Assembly: GCA_965249885.1 (NCBI GenBank)
Contig: OZ252254.1
Span: forward strand, 252,013 to 316,012
From: Pedobacter sp.
GTDB lineage: Bacteria; Bacteroidota; Bacteroidia; Sphingobacteriales; Sphingobacteriaceae
Length of the DNA stretch: 64,000 nucleotides
Direction of reading: 5' to 3'
In this document: piece after piece, positions 55,252 to 64,000 of the stretch
Position numbering within the stretch: position 1 is the stretch's first letter
Layout of the letters: each line of letters opens with the position of its first letter
Program-made: the position numbers and the translations under genes
The notes under the pieces: model-generated
The model's database searches: none
Seen by the model: the letters and a program-made list of their open reading frames with translations, nothing else
What the model was told of the DNA's origin: nothing

Positions 55252-56892
55252 TTATTCATGATAAGGATTTGCGTTATGATAATCTACTTCTGTAACTACA
55301 TAATCTGTAGGCTGGAAACTTTTAGATGTACTTAAGGTCATACCCAACTCGAAACGGGCAGGATATGGCGTTTTAAGCAATGAACCAGCAGGAATATACG
55401 GATAAGTTTCGCGGTAGTTTTGAATAATGTTTGGACTTACCCTTCTGTTAATGTAAGCTCTTGTCAGTTGATTTGGCTCCCTTAAACCCGCAGCGCCCAA
55501 AAGTTCAACGGCACTAGCAACGGTAAGGTTATGGAAATTTTTAACACGTACTTTCTTATCTTCCACTACTAATCCTTTCATTAAACTTGGATCTTGCGTG
55601 GCAACCCCGGTTGGACAGGTATTGCTGTTACATTCTAAGGCTTGGATACAGCCTAAGGCAAACATCATTCCTCTGGCAGCATTACACATATCAGCACCTA
55701 AAGCAATATTTTTTACAATATCAAAACCCGTAGAAACCTTTCCAGATGCAATGATCTTAACATGTTTCTTCAAATCGAAACCCACCAATACATCATAAAC
55801 AAAAGCTACTCCATCTCTCAAAGGCATTCCTACCGAATTTGAAAATTCCTGAGGTGCAGCACCGGTTCCGCCTTCTCCCCCATCAACAGTAATAAAATCT
55901 GGAATAATACCCGTTTCAACGATTGCTTTGCAAATAGCGATAAATTCACTTTTACGGCCTATACATAACTTAAAACCTACTGGCTTACCGCCAGATAAAT
56001 CTCTCAATTTTTTAACAAATTGCATTAACTCAATTGGCGTACTAAAAGCTGAATGCGCTGGCGGAGACAATACATCTTTCCCTTCTTCCACTAAACGGAT
56101 TCGTGCTACTTCAGCAGTCACTTTTTTACCCGGCAGCATCCCTCCGTGACCAGGTTTGGCACCTTGGGAAAGCTTAATTTCAATCATTTTCACCTGATCC
56201 GAGTGGGCTCTTTCAGAAAAGGATTCTTCGTTAAATGTCCCATCTAAATTACGGCAGCCAAAATATCCTGTACCAATTTGCCAAATCAAATCGCCACCTA
56301 ACTGCCTATGGTAATCACTAATCCCCCCCTCGCCTGTGTTATGCGCAAAATTGCCCAGCTTAGCACCCCCGTTAAGTGCCAAAACAGCATTTTGACTCAG
56401 GGAACCGAAACTCATTGCTGAGATATTGTAAATACTTGATGAATAAGGCTGTTTGCAATCGGGCCCGCCAACTAACACTCGAGGATGCAAGTTTAAATCG
56501 TGGTGACTAATTGCCATAATACTGTGACTAAGCCACTCGTAACCATTATCATAAACATTTAACTGTGTACCAAATGGGATAGTATCTAATTCTCTTTTTG
56601 CTCTTTGATAAATTAACGAACGATTCAAACGATTGTAAGGCGTGCCGTTGGTATCGCTCTCCACAAAGTATTGGTAAACTTTTGGCCTTAGCTCTTCCAT
56701 AAAGTACCTCAATCTTCCCACTACTGGATAGTTACGCACAATACTCCTTTTTGGCTGAAACATATCATAGAAACCTAGTAAAACTACAGGTCCTGTGAAA
56801 AGGAAAGTCCACCACAAAAAAGGATGGTACAAACCCAACATAATGGTAAATGCAACCAAAAAAGCGGCAACGGCAACAAATGCTTTTCTCAT
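55252..56892 (-). CDS. FMN-binding glutamate synthase family protein (stand-alone)
   Basis: SAMSFGSLS, HNTGEGG, EIKLSQGAKPGHGG, DGGEGGTGAAP, GCIQALECNSNTCPTG 3Fe-4S motif. Confidence 0.92.
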   Translation of the reverse strand: MRKAFVAVAAFLVAFTIMLGLYHPFLWWTFLFTGPVVLLGFYDMFQPKRSIVRNYPVVGRLRYFMEELRPKVYQYFVESDTNGTPYNRLNRSLIYQRAKRELDTIPFGTQLNVYDNGYEWLSHSIMAISHHDLNLHPRVLVGGPDCKQPYSSSIYNISAMSFGSLSQNAVLALNGGAKLGNFAHNTGEGGISDYHRQLGGDLIWQIGTGYFGCRNLDGTFNEESFSERAHSDQVKMIEIKLSQGAKPGHGGMLPGKKVTAEVARIRLVEEGKDVLSPPAHSAFSTPIELMQFVKKLRDLSGGKPVGFKLCIGRKSEFIAICKAIVETGIIPDFITVDGGEGGTGAAPQEFSNSVGMPLRDGVAFVYDVLVGFDLKKHVKIIASGKVSTGFDIVKNIALGADMCNAARGMMFALGCIQALECNSNTCPTGVATQDPSLMKGLVVEDKKVRVKNFHNLTVASAVELLGAAGLREPNQLTRAYINRRVSPNIIQNYRETYPYIPAGSLLKTPYPARFELGMTLSTSKSFQPTDYVVTEVDYHNANPYHE

Positions 56893-56989
56893 ATCTATTC
56901 TATTAAGTTAAACCTTCGTTTTTTGCTAAAATAGCGATATAAAATACTAGTTTGAAACAACTACAGTATCAATTTGTTATTTTTACGAA

Positions 56990-57610
56990 ATGCTTATCAA
57001 GATATATCCAGAAAATCCTAATCCGAAGGCAATAGACCAGGCTGTGGAAGTATTAAAAAAAGGCGGTCTAATTATTTACCCTACCGATACGGTTTATGGG
57101 CTTGGCTGCGATATTACCAATCAAAAAGCGATAGAAAAGATTTGTAGGATTAGAGGAATAAAGCCAGAAAAAGCAAATTTTTCCTTTATCTGTTCTGATT
57201 TGAGGCACATCTCTGACTTTATTAAACCAATAGACACCACGGTTTTTAGGCTATTGAAAAAAGCACTTCCCGGTCCGTTCACTTTTATTTTTAATGCTAA
57301 CAATAACGTTCCAAAGTTATTGAGCTCTAATAAAAAAACCGTTGGTATTCGTGTTCCCGACAATGCTATTGCTCGTCAAATTGTGGAGGCATTAGGAAAC
57401 CCTATAATTTCAACATCTATTAAAGATGATGATGAGGTAATTGAATACTCGGCCGATCCAGAATTGATTCACGAAAAATACGAGTCTCAAGTAGACTTGG
57501 TAATTGATGGTGGTTTTGGTGGCAACGAAGCCTCAACCATCGTAGATTGTACAAGTGGAGATTTCGAGGTGATCCGCGAGGGCAAGGGAAATATCGAAGA
57601 TTATCTTTAA
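56990..57610 (+). CDS. Sua5/YciO/YrdC family (threonylcarbamoyl-AMP synthase-like) protein
   Basis: IYPTDTVYGLGC, LPGPFTFI, KTVGIRVPD, IISTS, STIVD. Confidence 0.92.
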   Translation: MLIKIYPENPNPKAIDQAVEVLKKGGLIIYPTDTVYGLGCDITNQKAIEKICRIRGIKPEKANFSFICSDLRHISDFIKPIDTTVFRLLKKALPGPFTFIFNANNNVPKLLSSNKKTVGIRVPDNAIARQIVEALGNPIISTSIKDDDEVIEYSADPELIHEKYESQVDLVIDGGFGGNEASTIVDCTSGDFEVIREGKGNIEDYL

Positions 57611-57644
57611 CAACACCTTATGGCTATACGATTTTTCTTAAGCC

Positions 57645-57689
57645 TTAACAGGAGTTTAACAAAGTAGTAACAATAAACATATAAATTTG
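57645..57689 (+). promoter_or_regulatory. Three (T/G)TAACA direct repeats at 11-bp period followed by a -7 element TAAATTTG
   Basis: TTAACA 57645, TTAACA 57656, GTAACA 57667; TAAATTTG 57682-57689. Confidence 0.5.
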
Positions 57690-57726
57690 CTCTGTCCAAA
57701 ATAATTTGGGCGGCAAAACTTATTAT

Positions 57727-60700
57727 ATGAAAAGACTTTTACTACAAAAAGCGATTTTTGTAATTATGTGGGTTTTACCACTTTTTGCATTTTCACAAAA
57801 AACTTATCTCTTACAAGAAAACTTTGCAACGCTAACTGCGGGATCCAACACAAATACGGGGACGCAAAGTGGAACAGAACTTACTTCAATTAACGCAAAT
57901 TTTCCTACTGCCGTTAAAGCTTACGCAGCAGATGGTATGGTGAAATTAGGAACCAGCAGTTTAATCGGTTCCCTCACAAGTAAAACATTAGACTTAAGTG
58001 CCAATGGGGGTAATTTCAATATAGACTTTAAGGTAAAGGGTTGGAGTAGTGTTGAAGGCACCATTAAAGTAACTGTTACCGGCCTTACTGCACAATCAGT
58101 AAGTTACACAGCCATCATTAGTGCTACAGCGGAGCAAAAAACCTTGAGTTTTACTGGCGGAACAGCTAACTCCACTGTTAAAATTGAAACCTCCGCAAAA
58201 AGAGCATTTCTAGATGACATTGAAGTATACTATGAGGCAGCAGCAAATTCACCTACTATCAGTGGTACAGCAGTGACCTTTGGGAACCAAAACATTAACA
58301 CCACTGCTACAGAAAAATCTTTAGAACTCACTTACAGCAATTTAACTACAGATGATTTAGTGCTAACCACCGCTGCACCTTTTAGTATCTCTAAAACCAG
58401 CAATGGAGCTTACGGCACGTCATTAACTTACACCAATGCTGAACGCACAAGCCCAACTACACTATATGTTAGATATGCGCCTACCGCAGCTGGAATCTCC
58501 AATGGCAATGTAACTATTTCTGGTGGCGGATTAGTAAGCAACGGTAACGTAGCATTAAGCGGTACGGGAATTGATCCTAACGCTACCTCATTCAACTTTG
58601 AAAGCTGCAGCACTAACGGTAGCTCAAGTTTATCTGACGGATTTTATCAATACAGCGTTATTGGTGCGCAAACTTGGGGTTGCGCTACTACATTTGGTCA
58701 TAATAACAGCGATGCTACGGGCGCAGGAAATTCAGGAAACGGCTTGCAAATTAATGGATACTCAGGAGCAAACATCCAAAACGAAGACTGGTTAATTTCT
58801 CCATCATTTAATATTAGCAGTTACAACTATCCTTTACTTTCATTTTGGAGCCGAAATAAATTTACGGGTCCGCAACTGAAGTTAATGGTTAGCACCAACT
58901 ATAGCGGCACAGGCGATCCTTACGCTTCTGGAGTTACTTGGACAGAAATTGATGGGAAATTTCCTGCAGGAAATACTGATGTTTGGACAAAATCTGAAAA
59001 TATCGATCTATCTGCTTTCAAAACTAATGGCAGCAGCATTTACATTGCTTTTGTATACACATCTACTACGGTTGACGGTGCCCGCTGGAGTTTAGATGAT
59101 TTCAGCCTAGTAAATTCTTCTAGCCCAGCACCAGCTGAAATTGCTGTAAATCCAAGTTCATTGGAATTTGGCTACCAAGCCAATGGAGCTACCTCAACTT
59201 CTAAAACGGTGGTAGTTTCTTTTAGCAACTTAACTAATGACGCTTCATTGAATGTTACGGGTGATTTCAGCATTTCATTGGATAACAATACTTATAGCCA
59301 AAGTTTAAACATTAGCAACCCTGGCACAGCCAATCAAACGGTGTATGTGAAGTTTAGTCCTACCGTTGCCGATAGCAACCGCCAAGGTACGTTGACCATT
59401 GCTAGTACTGGAGCAACCACGAAAACAGTTACATTAAGTGGTACTACACTTGCCTTTGACAACACCTTAGAGGTAGTAAATTGGAACATTGAATGGTTTG
59501 GACATACCGGCAACGGCCCTTCTGATGAAGCTAAGCAAAAAGCTAATGTGATCAAGGTAATGAAATCAATCAACGCTGATATTTATTGTTTGGGTGAAAT
59601 CGTGAGTACCACGGCACTTGCAGATGTTGCACAACAAATTGGCGTAGACGCTAACGAATATGGCTACTTTGTATCAACTTATGCATCTTATGCACAAAAC
59701 ACATCTGACCCTGACTATGCCAATGCACAGAAATTAGCGTTCGTTTACCGTAAATCTGTAATTTCTCCAATTGGCACCCCTAGCGGATTACTTTACACTG
59801 CGAATGAAAGCGACCCTGTGTTTAATTACTGGGCTTCAGGACGTTTTCCTTACGAGATGAAAGCTAATGTAACTTTAAACGGCGTAACTAAACAGGTTAA
59901 CTTCATCATGATTCACGCTAAAGCTGAAACTAGCAGCGGTTCGTATGCTCGTAGAAAAAATGCAGCTATTGCACTAAAAAGCTATTTGGATGCTAACGAA
60001 AGCACTGATAACTTCATCATTTTGGGCGACTACAATGACGATCTTGATGCCACCATTTCTACTGCTTCTGAGGCTGGTGCCGATTATCCAAAATCATCGT
60101 ATCAAGTATGGTTAGATGACAATGCAAAATACATCTCTCCTACACTACCTTTAAGTCAATCAGGTAAAAAATCAACTGTGAGTTACAACGATGTAATCGA
60201 CCACGTTACTTTATCTAACGAGATGAATGACAATTACATCAGCGGATCAGCACAAATTTTAACTTCGGTAACTGGAACAGTATCTCCTGACAACTATGGA
60301 TCAACTACGTCTGATCATTATCCTGTACTTACCAGATACAGCTTCACCAACACCACTTTACCAGTAAAATTCGATGGATTTACCGCTAAAAAAGAAGGAA
60401 ACAATGTAACATTAAGGTGGACTACCCAAACTGAAACCAACAACAGCTACTTCACCGTTGAGCGCTCAAACGATGGCAATGTTTTCGAAAAAGTAAAAGA
60501 AGTAGCTGCTAAAGGTAACTCAAACCAAAAATTAAATTACAGTATTATTGACAACAATGTTAAAGCTGGTCTAAACTATTACCGCTTGAAACAGACAGAC
60601 ATTGACGGAAAATCTAGCTATTACCCAGAACTTAGATCAGTAAATATATTGGCAAGCGAGTTCAAAATATTGATTTACCCAAATCCGACAAAAGGTAAGG

Positions 60701-60909
60701 CTTTCATCAATTACGGCAGCAGTTCAACGAATGTAGTTGTAAATCTTTTAAGTGCTGATGGAAGATTGCTGTTGAAATTAAAAGGCAATATCAAATCAAT
60801 TGAACAAGAGCTGAACAATAAGATACAGGAGCTGAAACCAGGCACCTATGTTTTTCAGTTATTAGATAATCAGGTTTTCGTCGCTAGCGAAAAACTGATC
60901 AAAGAATAA
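57727..60909 (+). CDS. T9SS-secreted multidomain endonuclease/exonuclease/phosphatase (EEP) protein
   Basis: Likely ATG at 57727 with signal peptide; beta-sandwich and Ig-like modules; EEP motifs NWNIEWF, LGEI, ILGDYND, IDHVTLS, SDHYPV; CTD IYPNP...KLIKE. Confidence 0.88.
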   Translation: MKRLLLQKAIFVIMWVLPLFAFSQKTYLLQENFATLTAGSNTNTGTQSGTELTSINANFPTAVKAYAADGMVKLGTSSLIGSLTSKTLDLSANGGNFNIDFKVKGWSSVEGTIKVTVTGLTAQSVSYTAIISATAEQKTLSFTGGTANSTVKIETSAKRAFLDDIEVYYEAAANSPTISGTAVTFGNQNINTTATEKSLELTYSNLTTDDLVLTTAAPFSISKTSNGAYGTSLTYTNAERTSPTTLYVRYAPTAAGISNGNVTISGGGLVSNGNVALSGTGIDPNATSFNFESCSTNGSSSLSDGFYQYSVIGAQTWGCATTFGHNNSDATGAGNSGNGLQINGYSGANIQNEDWLISPSFNISSYNYPLLSFWSRNKFTGPQLKLMVSTNYSGTGDPYASGVTWTEIDGKFPAGNTDVWTKSENIDLSAFKTNGSSIYIAFVYTSTTVDGARWSLDDFSLVNSSSPAPAEIAVNPSSLEFGYQANGATSTSKTVVVSFSNLTNDASLNVTGDFSISLDNNTYSQSLNISNPGTANQTVYVKFSPTVADSNRQGTLTIASTGATTKTVTLSGTTLAFDNTLEVVNWNIEWFGHTGNGPSDEAKQKANVIKVMKSINADIYCLGEIVSTTALADVAQQIGVDANEYGYFVSTYASYAQNTSDPDYANAQKLAFVYRKSVISPIGTPSGLLYTANESDPVFNYWASGRFPYEMKANVTLNGVTKQVNFIMIHAKAETSSGSYARRKNAAIALKSYLDANESTDNFIILGDYNDDLDATISTASEAGADYPKSSYQVWLDDNAKYISPTLPLSQSGKKSTVSYNDVIDHVTLSNEMNDNYISGSAQILTSVTGTVSPDNYGSTTSDHYPVLTRYSFTNTTLPVKFDGFTAKKEGNNVTLRWTTQTETNNSYFTVERSNDGNVFEKVKEVAAKGNSNQKLNYSIIDNNVKAGLNYYRLKQTDIDGKSSYYPELRSVNILASEFKILIYPNPTKGKAFINYGSSSTNVVVNLLSADGRLLLKLKGNIKSIEQELNNKIQELKPGTYVFQLLDNQVFVASEKLIKE

Positions 60910-60930
60910 AAAAGCATAAAAAAACAGCCT

Positions 60931-60960
60931 AAGCCTAGCCAACCATTGGCTAGGCTTTTG
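60931..60960 (+). terminator. Intrinsic terminator-like hairpin
   Basis: aagcctagccaa-cca-ttggctaggctt, perfect 12-bp stem. Confidence 0.75.
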
Positions 60961-60973
60961 TATTTTAGCGGTT

Positions 60974-62164
60974 ATGAAAAAACGGATTAATATTAGCGTA
61001 TTCAAAGAATTTTTCAACTCTAAAAAACTTGGAAGCATATTGCTGTTAGTCTGCGTTGTTACCTCCTTAATTATCGCAAACTCTGGTTATGCGGCAAGCT
61101 TCGCTGATTTGCTGGCCAAAACTATTGGATTCAAAATTTCAGCTTTCCATTTGGATTACAGCATTGCAACATGGATTAACGACGGTTTGATGGCCATCTT
61201 TTTTTTACTTGTAGGTTTAGAGATTAAGAGAGAGTTGGTTGAAGGTGAACTTTCCTCCTTAAAAAAAGCGTCTTTACCGGTTTTAGCGGCCATTGGCGGC
61301 ATGTTGGTACCTGCAGTAATTTATGCGCTATTCAACAAAAACACCGTAACGGCTAATGGTTGGGGCATTCCTATGGCAACTGACATTGCTTTTGCATTAG
61401 CAATTGTTGCGCTGCTCGAAAAAAATGTACCGAGTTCGTTAAAGATTTTTTTAGCGGCATTAGCTATTGTTGATGACTTAGGTGCCATTTTGGTGATTGC
61501 CTTTTTTTACACAGAACAAATCCATTGGAACCAGCTCTTTATTGCAGGTGGCATTTTCGCTTTGCTGCTGGTTTTCAACTTCTTTAAAGTAAAAAACTTA
61601 CTGCTATACCTGATCCCGGGTGTATTTCTTTGGTACTTTGTGCATCATTCCGGTATACATGCTACTATAGCCGGGGTATTACTAGCATTTACCATTCCAA
61701 CTAATGAAACTGCGGAACTATCTCCATTAGAAAAGTTGGAACATGCACTCACTCAACCCGTAGCTTTAATTATTATGCCAGTTTTTGCTCTTGCTAACAC
61801 TAACATCACCTTTGTAAGCGGAATGGTGGAAGGCCTAGCTTCTCCTTTAGGTTTAGGCATTATACTCGGGCTATTTTTAGGAAAAACGATTGGCATCACC
61901 TTAATGTCGTTTATTGCAGTTAAATTGAAACTTGCAAAACTACCCACCGGTGCTAATTGGAAGCACATTACTGGAATGGGCATGTTGGCGGGAATCGGGT
62001 TTACCATGTCTATCTTTATTGCCATGCTATCATTCAGCGATGCAGCGCACATTATCGAATCGAAGTTTGCCATACTTTGTGCGTCTGTAATTTCAGGCGT
62101 GGCAGGTTATGTATTTTTAAAATCTGTATCGAAAAAATATGCTAAAACAGCCGTTAGAAACTGA
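60974..62164 (+). CDS. nhaA: Na+/H+ antiporter NhaA
   Basis: WINDGLMAIFF..VGLEIKRE, GWGIPMATDIAF, LAIVDDLGAI, GIGFTMSIFI. Confidence 0.97.
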   Translation: MKKRINISVFKEFFNSKKLGSILLLVCVVTSLIIANSGYAASFADLLAKTIGFKISAFHLDYSIATWINDGLMAIFFLLVGLEIKRELVEGELSSLKKASLPVLAAIGGMLVPAVIYALFNKNTVTANGWGIPMATDIAFALAIVALLEKNVPSSLKIFLAALAIVDDLGAILVIAFFYTEQIHWNQLFIAGGIFALLLVFNFFKVKNLLLYLIPGVFLWYFVHHSGIHATIAGVLLAFTIPTNETAELSPLEKLEHALTQPVALIIMPVFALANTNITFVSGMVEGLASPLGLGIILGLFLGKTIGITLMSFIAVKLKLAKLPTGANWKHITGMGMLAGIGFTMSIFIAMLSFSDAAHIIESKFAILCASVISGVAGYVFLKSVSKKYAKTAVRN

Positions 62165-62663
62165 AAGATTTTGGATTAGGGAGTTAAGCGAACAAGACGT
62201 TGATGGCATGTTCGAACTGGATAGCAATCCCAATGTGCATGCCTTTTTAGGAAACAAACCTATTCACTCCATTGAGGAGGCTTTAAATTACATCCATTTT
62301 ATCCAACAACAATACACTGCATACGGCATAGGCCGATGGGCAATTATTGACAAAGCCAATGGAGATTTTGTAGGATGGACAGGATTTAAATTCATCACCG
62401 AACCGATTAACAACCATGTCAATTTCCATGATATTGGCTACAGATTGGTACAACGCTACTGGAATAAAGGCATTGCCACAGAAACAGCAAAAGCTTGCCT
62501 GAAATATGGTTTTACGCAATTGAAACTTAAGGAAGTTTACGGCATGTGCCACATTGATAACAAGGCATCTAAAAATGTGCTTCAAAAATGTGGTCTTCAG
62601 CTCATTGAAGAATTTGAATATAATGAAATGCCGTGTTATTGGCTAAAAATTACGAACTTGTAA
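62139..62663 (+). CDS. GNAT N-acetyltransferase (RimJ/RimL-like)
   Basis: LETERFWIRE, FVGWTG, DIGYRL...YWNKGIATE, N.ASKNVLQKCG. Confidence 0.9.
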   Translation: MLKQPLETERFWIRELSEQDVDGMFELDSNPNVHAFLGNKPIHSIEEALNYIHFIQQQYTAYGIGRWAIIDKANGDFVGWTGFKFITEPINNHVNFHDIGYRLVQRYWNKGIATETAKACLKYGFTQLKLKEVYGMCHIDNKASKNVLQKCGLQLIEEFEYNEMPCYWLKITNL

Positions 62664-62683
62664 CTCGTTAATTATCATCACTT

Positions 62684-63211
62684 ATGAACACCTCTCCAAA
62701 AACTGCAAAAGTACTTGTCATATTTATTCCAATTGTTATAATAGTAGCGGCATCTATTATAGTGATCAACAACTTTTCTGGCAAACTTAAATTCAGTAAA
62801 CAGACACATAACAATAAAATCATTGAATTAAAAAAAGATGCCATTCTCTCGGATGAAAAACGATTCAACGAAATTATGATTGATTTCTATTCGATGGCCG
62901 ATATGGCAAAGAGTGTACTGCCTGTTGATACCGCCTTAGCACAAAGGGAAAAATCGATGTCTGACCTTAAAAATGTGGGCCTTTACTATTGGAATAGAAA
63001 TTTAGAGATCCTAGATAGTGCTAAGAAATTCAGTAACAGCGCAGAGATAGACCGTAAAATTATCGTTTACAAAGAATACTGCAAAATGCACATTAGTTGC
63101 TACGAATTAATGTATAAAGCAATAGACAAACATACGCGTGCCTTTGATAAGGAAATTTATAAAAAACTGTCCTTAATTGATCAAAAAACACAAGAGATTA
63201 GCGGCGAATAA
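62684..63211 (+). CDS. Hypothetical membrane-anchored helical protein
   Basis: N-terminal TM VLVIFIPIVIIVAASIIVI; 175-aa ORF; no family recognised. Confidence 0.6.
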   Translation: MNTSPKTAKVLVIFIPIVIIVAASIIVINNFSGKLKFSKQTHNNKIIELKKDAILSDEKRFNEIMIDFYSMADMAKSVLPVDTALAQREKSMSDLKNVGLYYWNRNLEILDSAKKFSNSAEIDRKIIVYKEYCKMHISCYELMYKAIDKHTRAFDKEIYKKLSLIDQKTQEISGE

Positions 63212-63270
63212 CCTCTCCCTAACCTCTCGTGAGACCAAAATCTCAAATCTTCGATCATCAAAAACTTTTA

Positions 63271-64000
63271 TCAATGCTTGAATTGTTGCATAAATTGTTG
63301 AATGCTTTGATCTAACCCGTTTCCGTCCAAAGCTTTCACAAACGCACTTCCAATAATTGCTCCACTAGCGAAATTACACGCGGCTTCATAAGTTGCTTTG
63401 TCTGAAATTCCGAAGCCAATCATTACTGGCGTACGTAAATTCATTTTTGAAATACGTTCAAAATAAGCACTTGCAGTACCAGAAACGGAAAGGTTATTTC
63501 CTGTAGTGGCAGAAGAAGAAACGAGGTAGATAAAAGCATTGCTTAATCCGTCAATTTTGCGAATTCGCTCCTCAGAGGTTTGAGGAGTAACTAAAAAGAT
63601 GTTGCTCAATCCGTTATTTTCAAACACATCTTTATACATTTCCTCGTATTCGTACATAGGCAAATCAGGGATAATGCAGCCGTCGACACCTACTTCTTGG
63701 CATTTTTTGCAAAAAGCCTCTACGCCATATTGCAGCATCACATTCACATATCCCATTAATAAAATTGGAATATTGACCTGCTTTCTCAAATCCTTTAGTT
63801 GATCAAAAAGCACTTCAAGCGTCATTCCATTATCCAAAGCCTGCTTACTGCTCGCCTGTATCACGGGGCCATCCGCAACCGGATCAGAATATGGAAAACC
63901 TATCTCCAAGAAGTCTGCACCGCATTTTTCTAAAGTTTCTGCTATTGTTAAGGTGTTAGTCAAGTTCGGATAACCTGCCGTATAATATATCGAAAGTAGA
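63271..64000 (-). CDS. trpA: Tryptophan synthase alpha chain (5' end lies outside the window)
   Basis: YYTAGYP, LEIGFPYSDPVADGPVIQ, LMGYVN, IIPDLP, IGFGIS, GAIIGSAFV. Confidence 0.97.
   Translation of the reverse strand, partial: LLSIYYTAGYPNLTNTLTIAETLEKCGADFLEIGFPYSDPVADGPVIQASSKQALDNGMTLEVLFDQLKDLRKQVNIPILLMGYVNVMLQYGVEAFCKKCQEVGVDGCIIPDLPMYEYEEMYKDVFENNGLSNIFLVTPQTSEERIRKIDGLSNAFIYLVSSSATTGNNLSVSGTASAYFERISKMNLRTPVMIGFGISDKATYEAACNFASGAIIGSAFVKALDGNGLDQSIQQFMQQFKH

Noticed and set aside
63209-63270. taacctctc direct repeat between convergent genes, and the cccctttagggg mini-hairpin at 33829-33848
   Set aside because: Too short and single-copy within this window to support a family call.
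1342-63802. Numerous 60-155 aa ORFs antisense to or out of frame within long CDSs
   Set aside because: They overlap well-supported genes and carry no recognisable motifs; treated as shadow ORFs.

Overview
AT-rich Bacteroidota chromosome segment; the family-level guess (Sphingobacteriaceae, Pedobacter-like) is inference from TAnnTTTG promoters, SusC/SusD, a T9SS cargo protein and gene content. It carries about 55 CDS, mostly housekeeping (truA, mgtE, ispE, thyA, folA, secDF, fbaA, accD, sucC, asnS, nhaA, trpA partial), one tRNA-Arg(CCG), an ada/alkB repair cluster, a frameshifted VapBC-type toxin-antitoxin pair, an ECF sigma plus dual-membrane anti-sigma-like pair, and an ECF/FecR/SusC/SusD locus whose only enzyme is an M16 peptidase. 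The most unusual signal is non-coding. Degenerate 7-bp tandem arrays in inverted orientation bracket a four-helix-bundle (IVP/Avd-like) gene. The same bracket recurs empty or holding REP-like palindromes at several other junctions. Two candidate sRNAs (27.1-27.2 kb antisense to the susC leader; 50.85-50.96 kb orphan), a ChpT-like pseudokinase, a degenerate DEAD-box protein and several candidate operators are also visible. No integrase, transposase, reverse transcriptase, CRISPR array or rRNA was seen. All family calls are by eye from motifs, without database searches.
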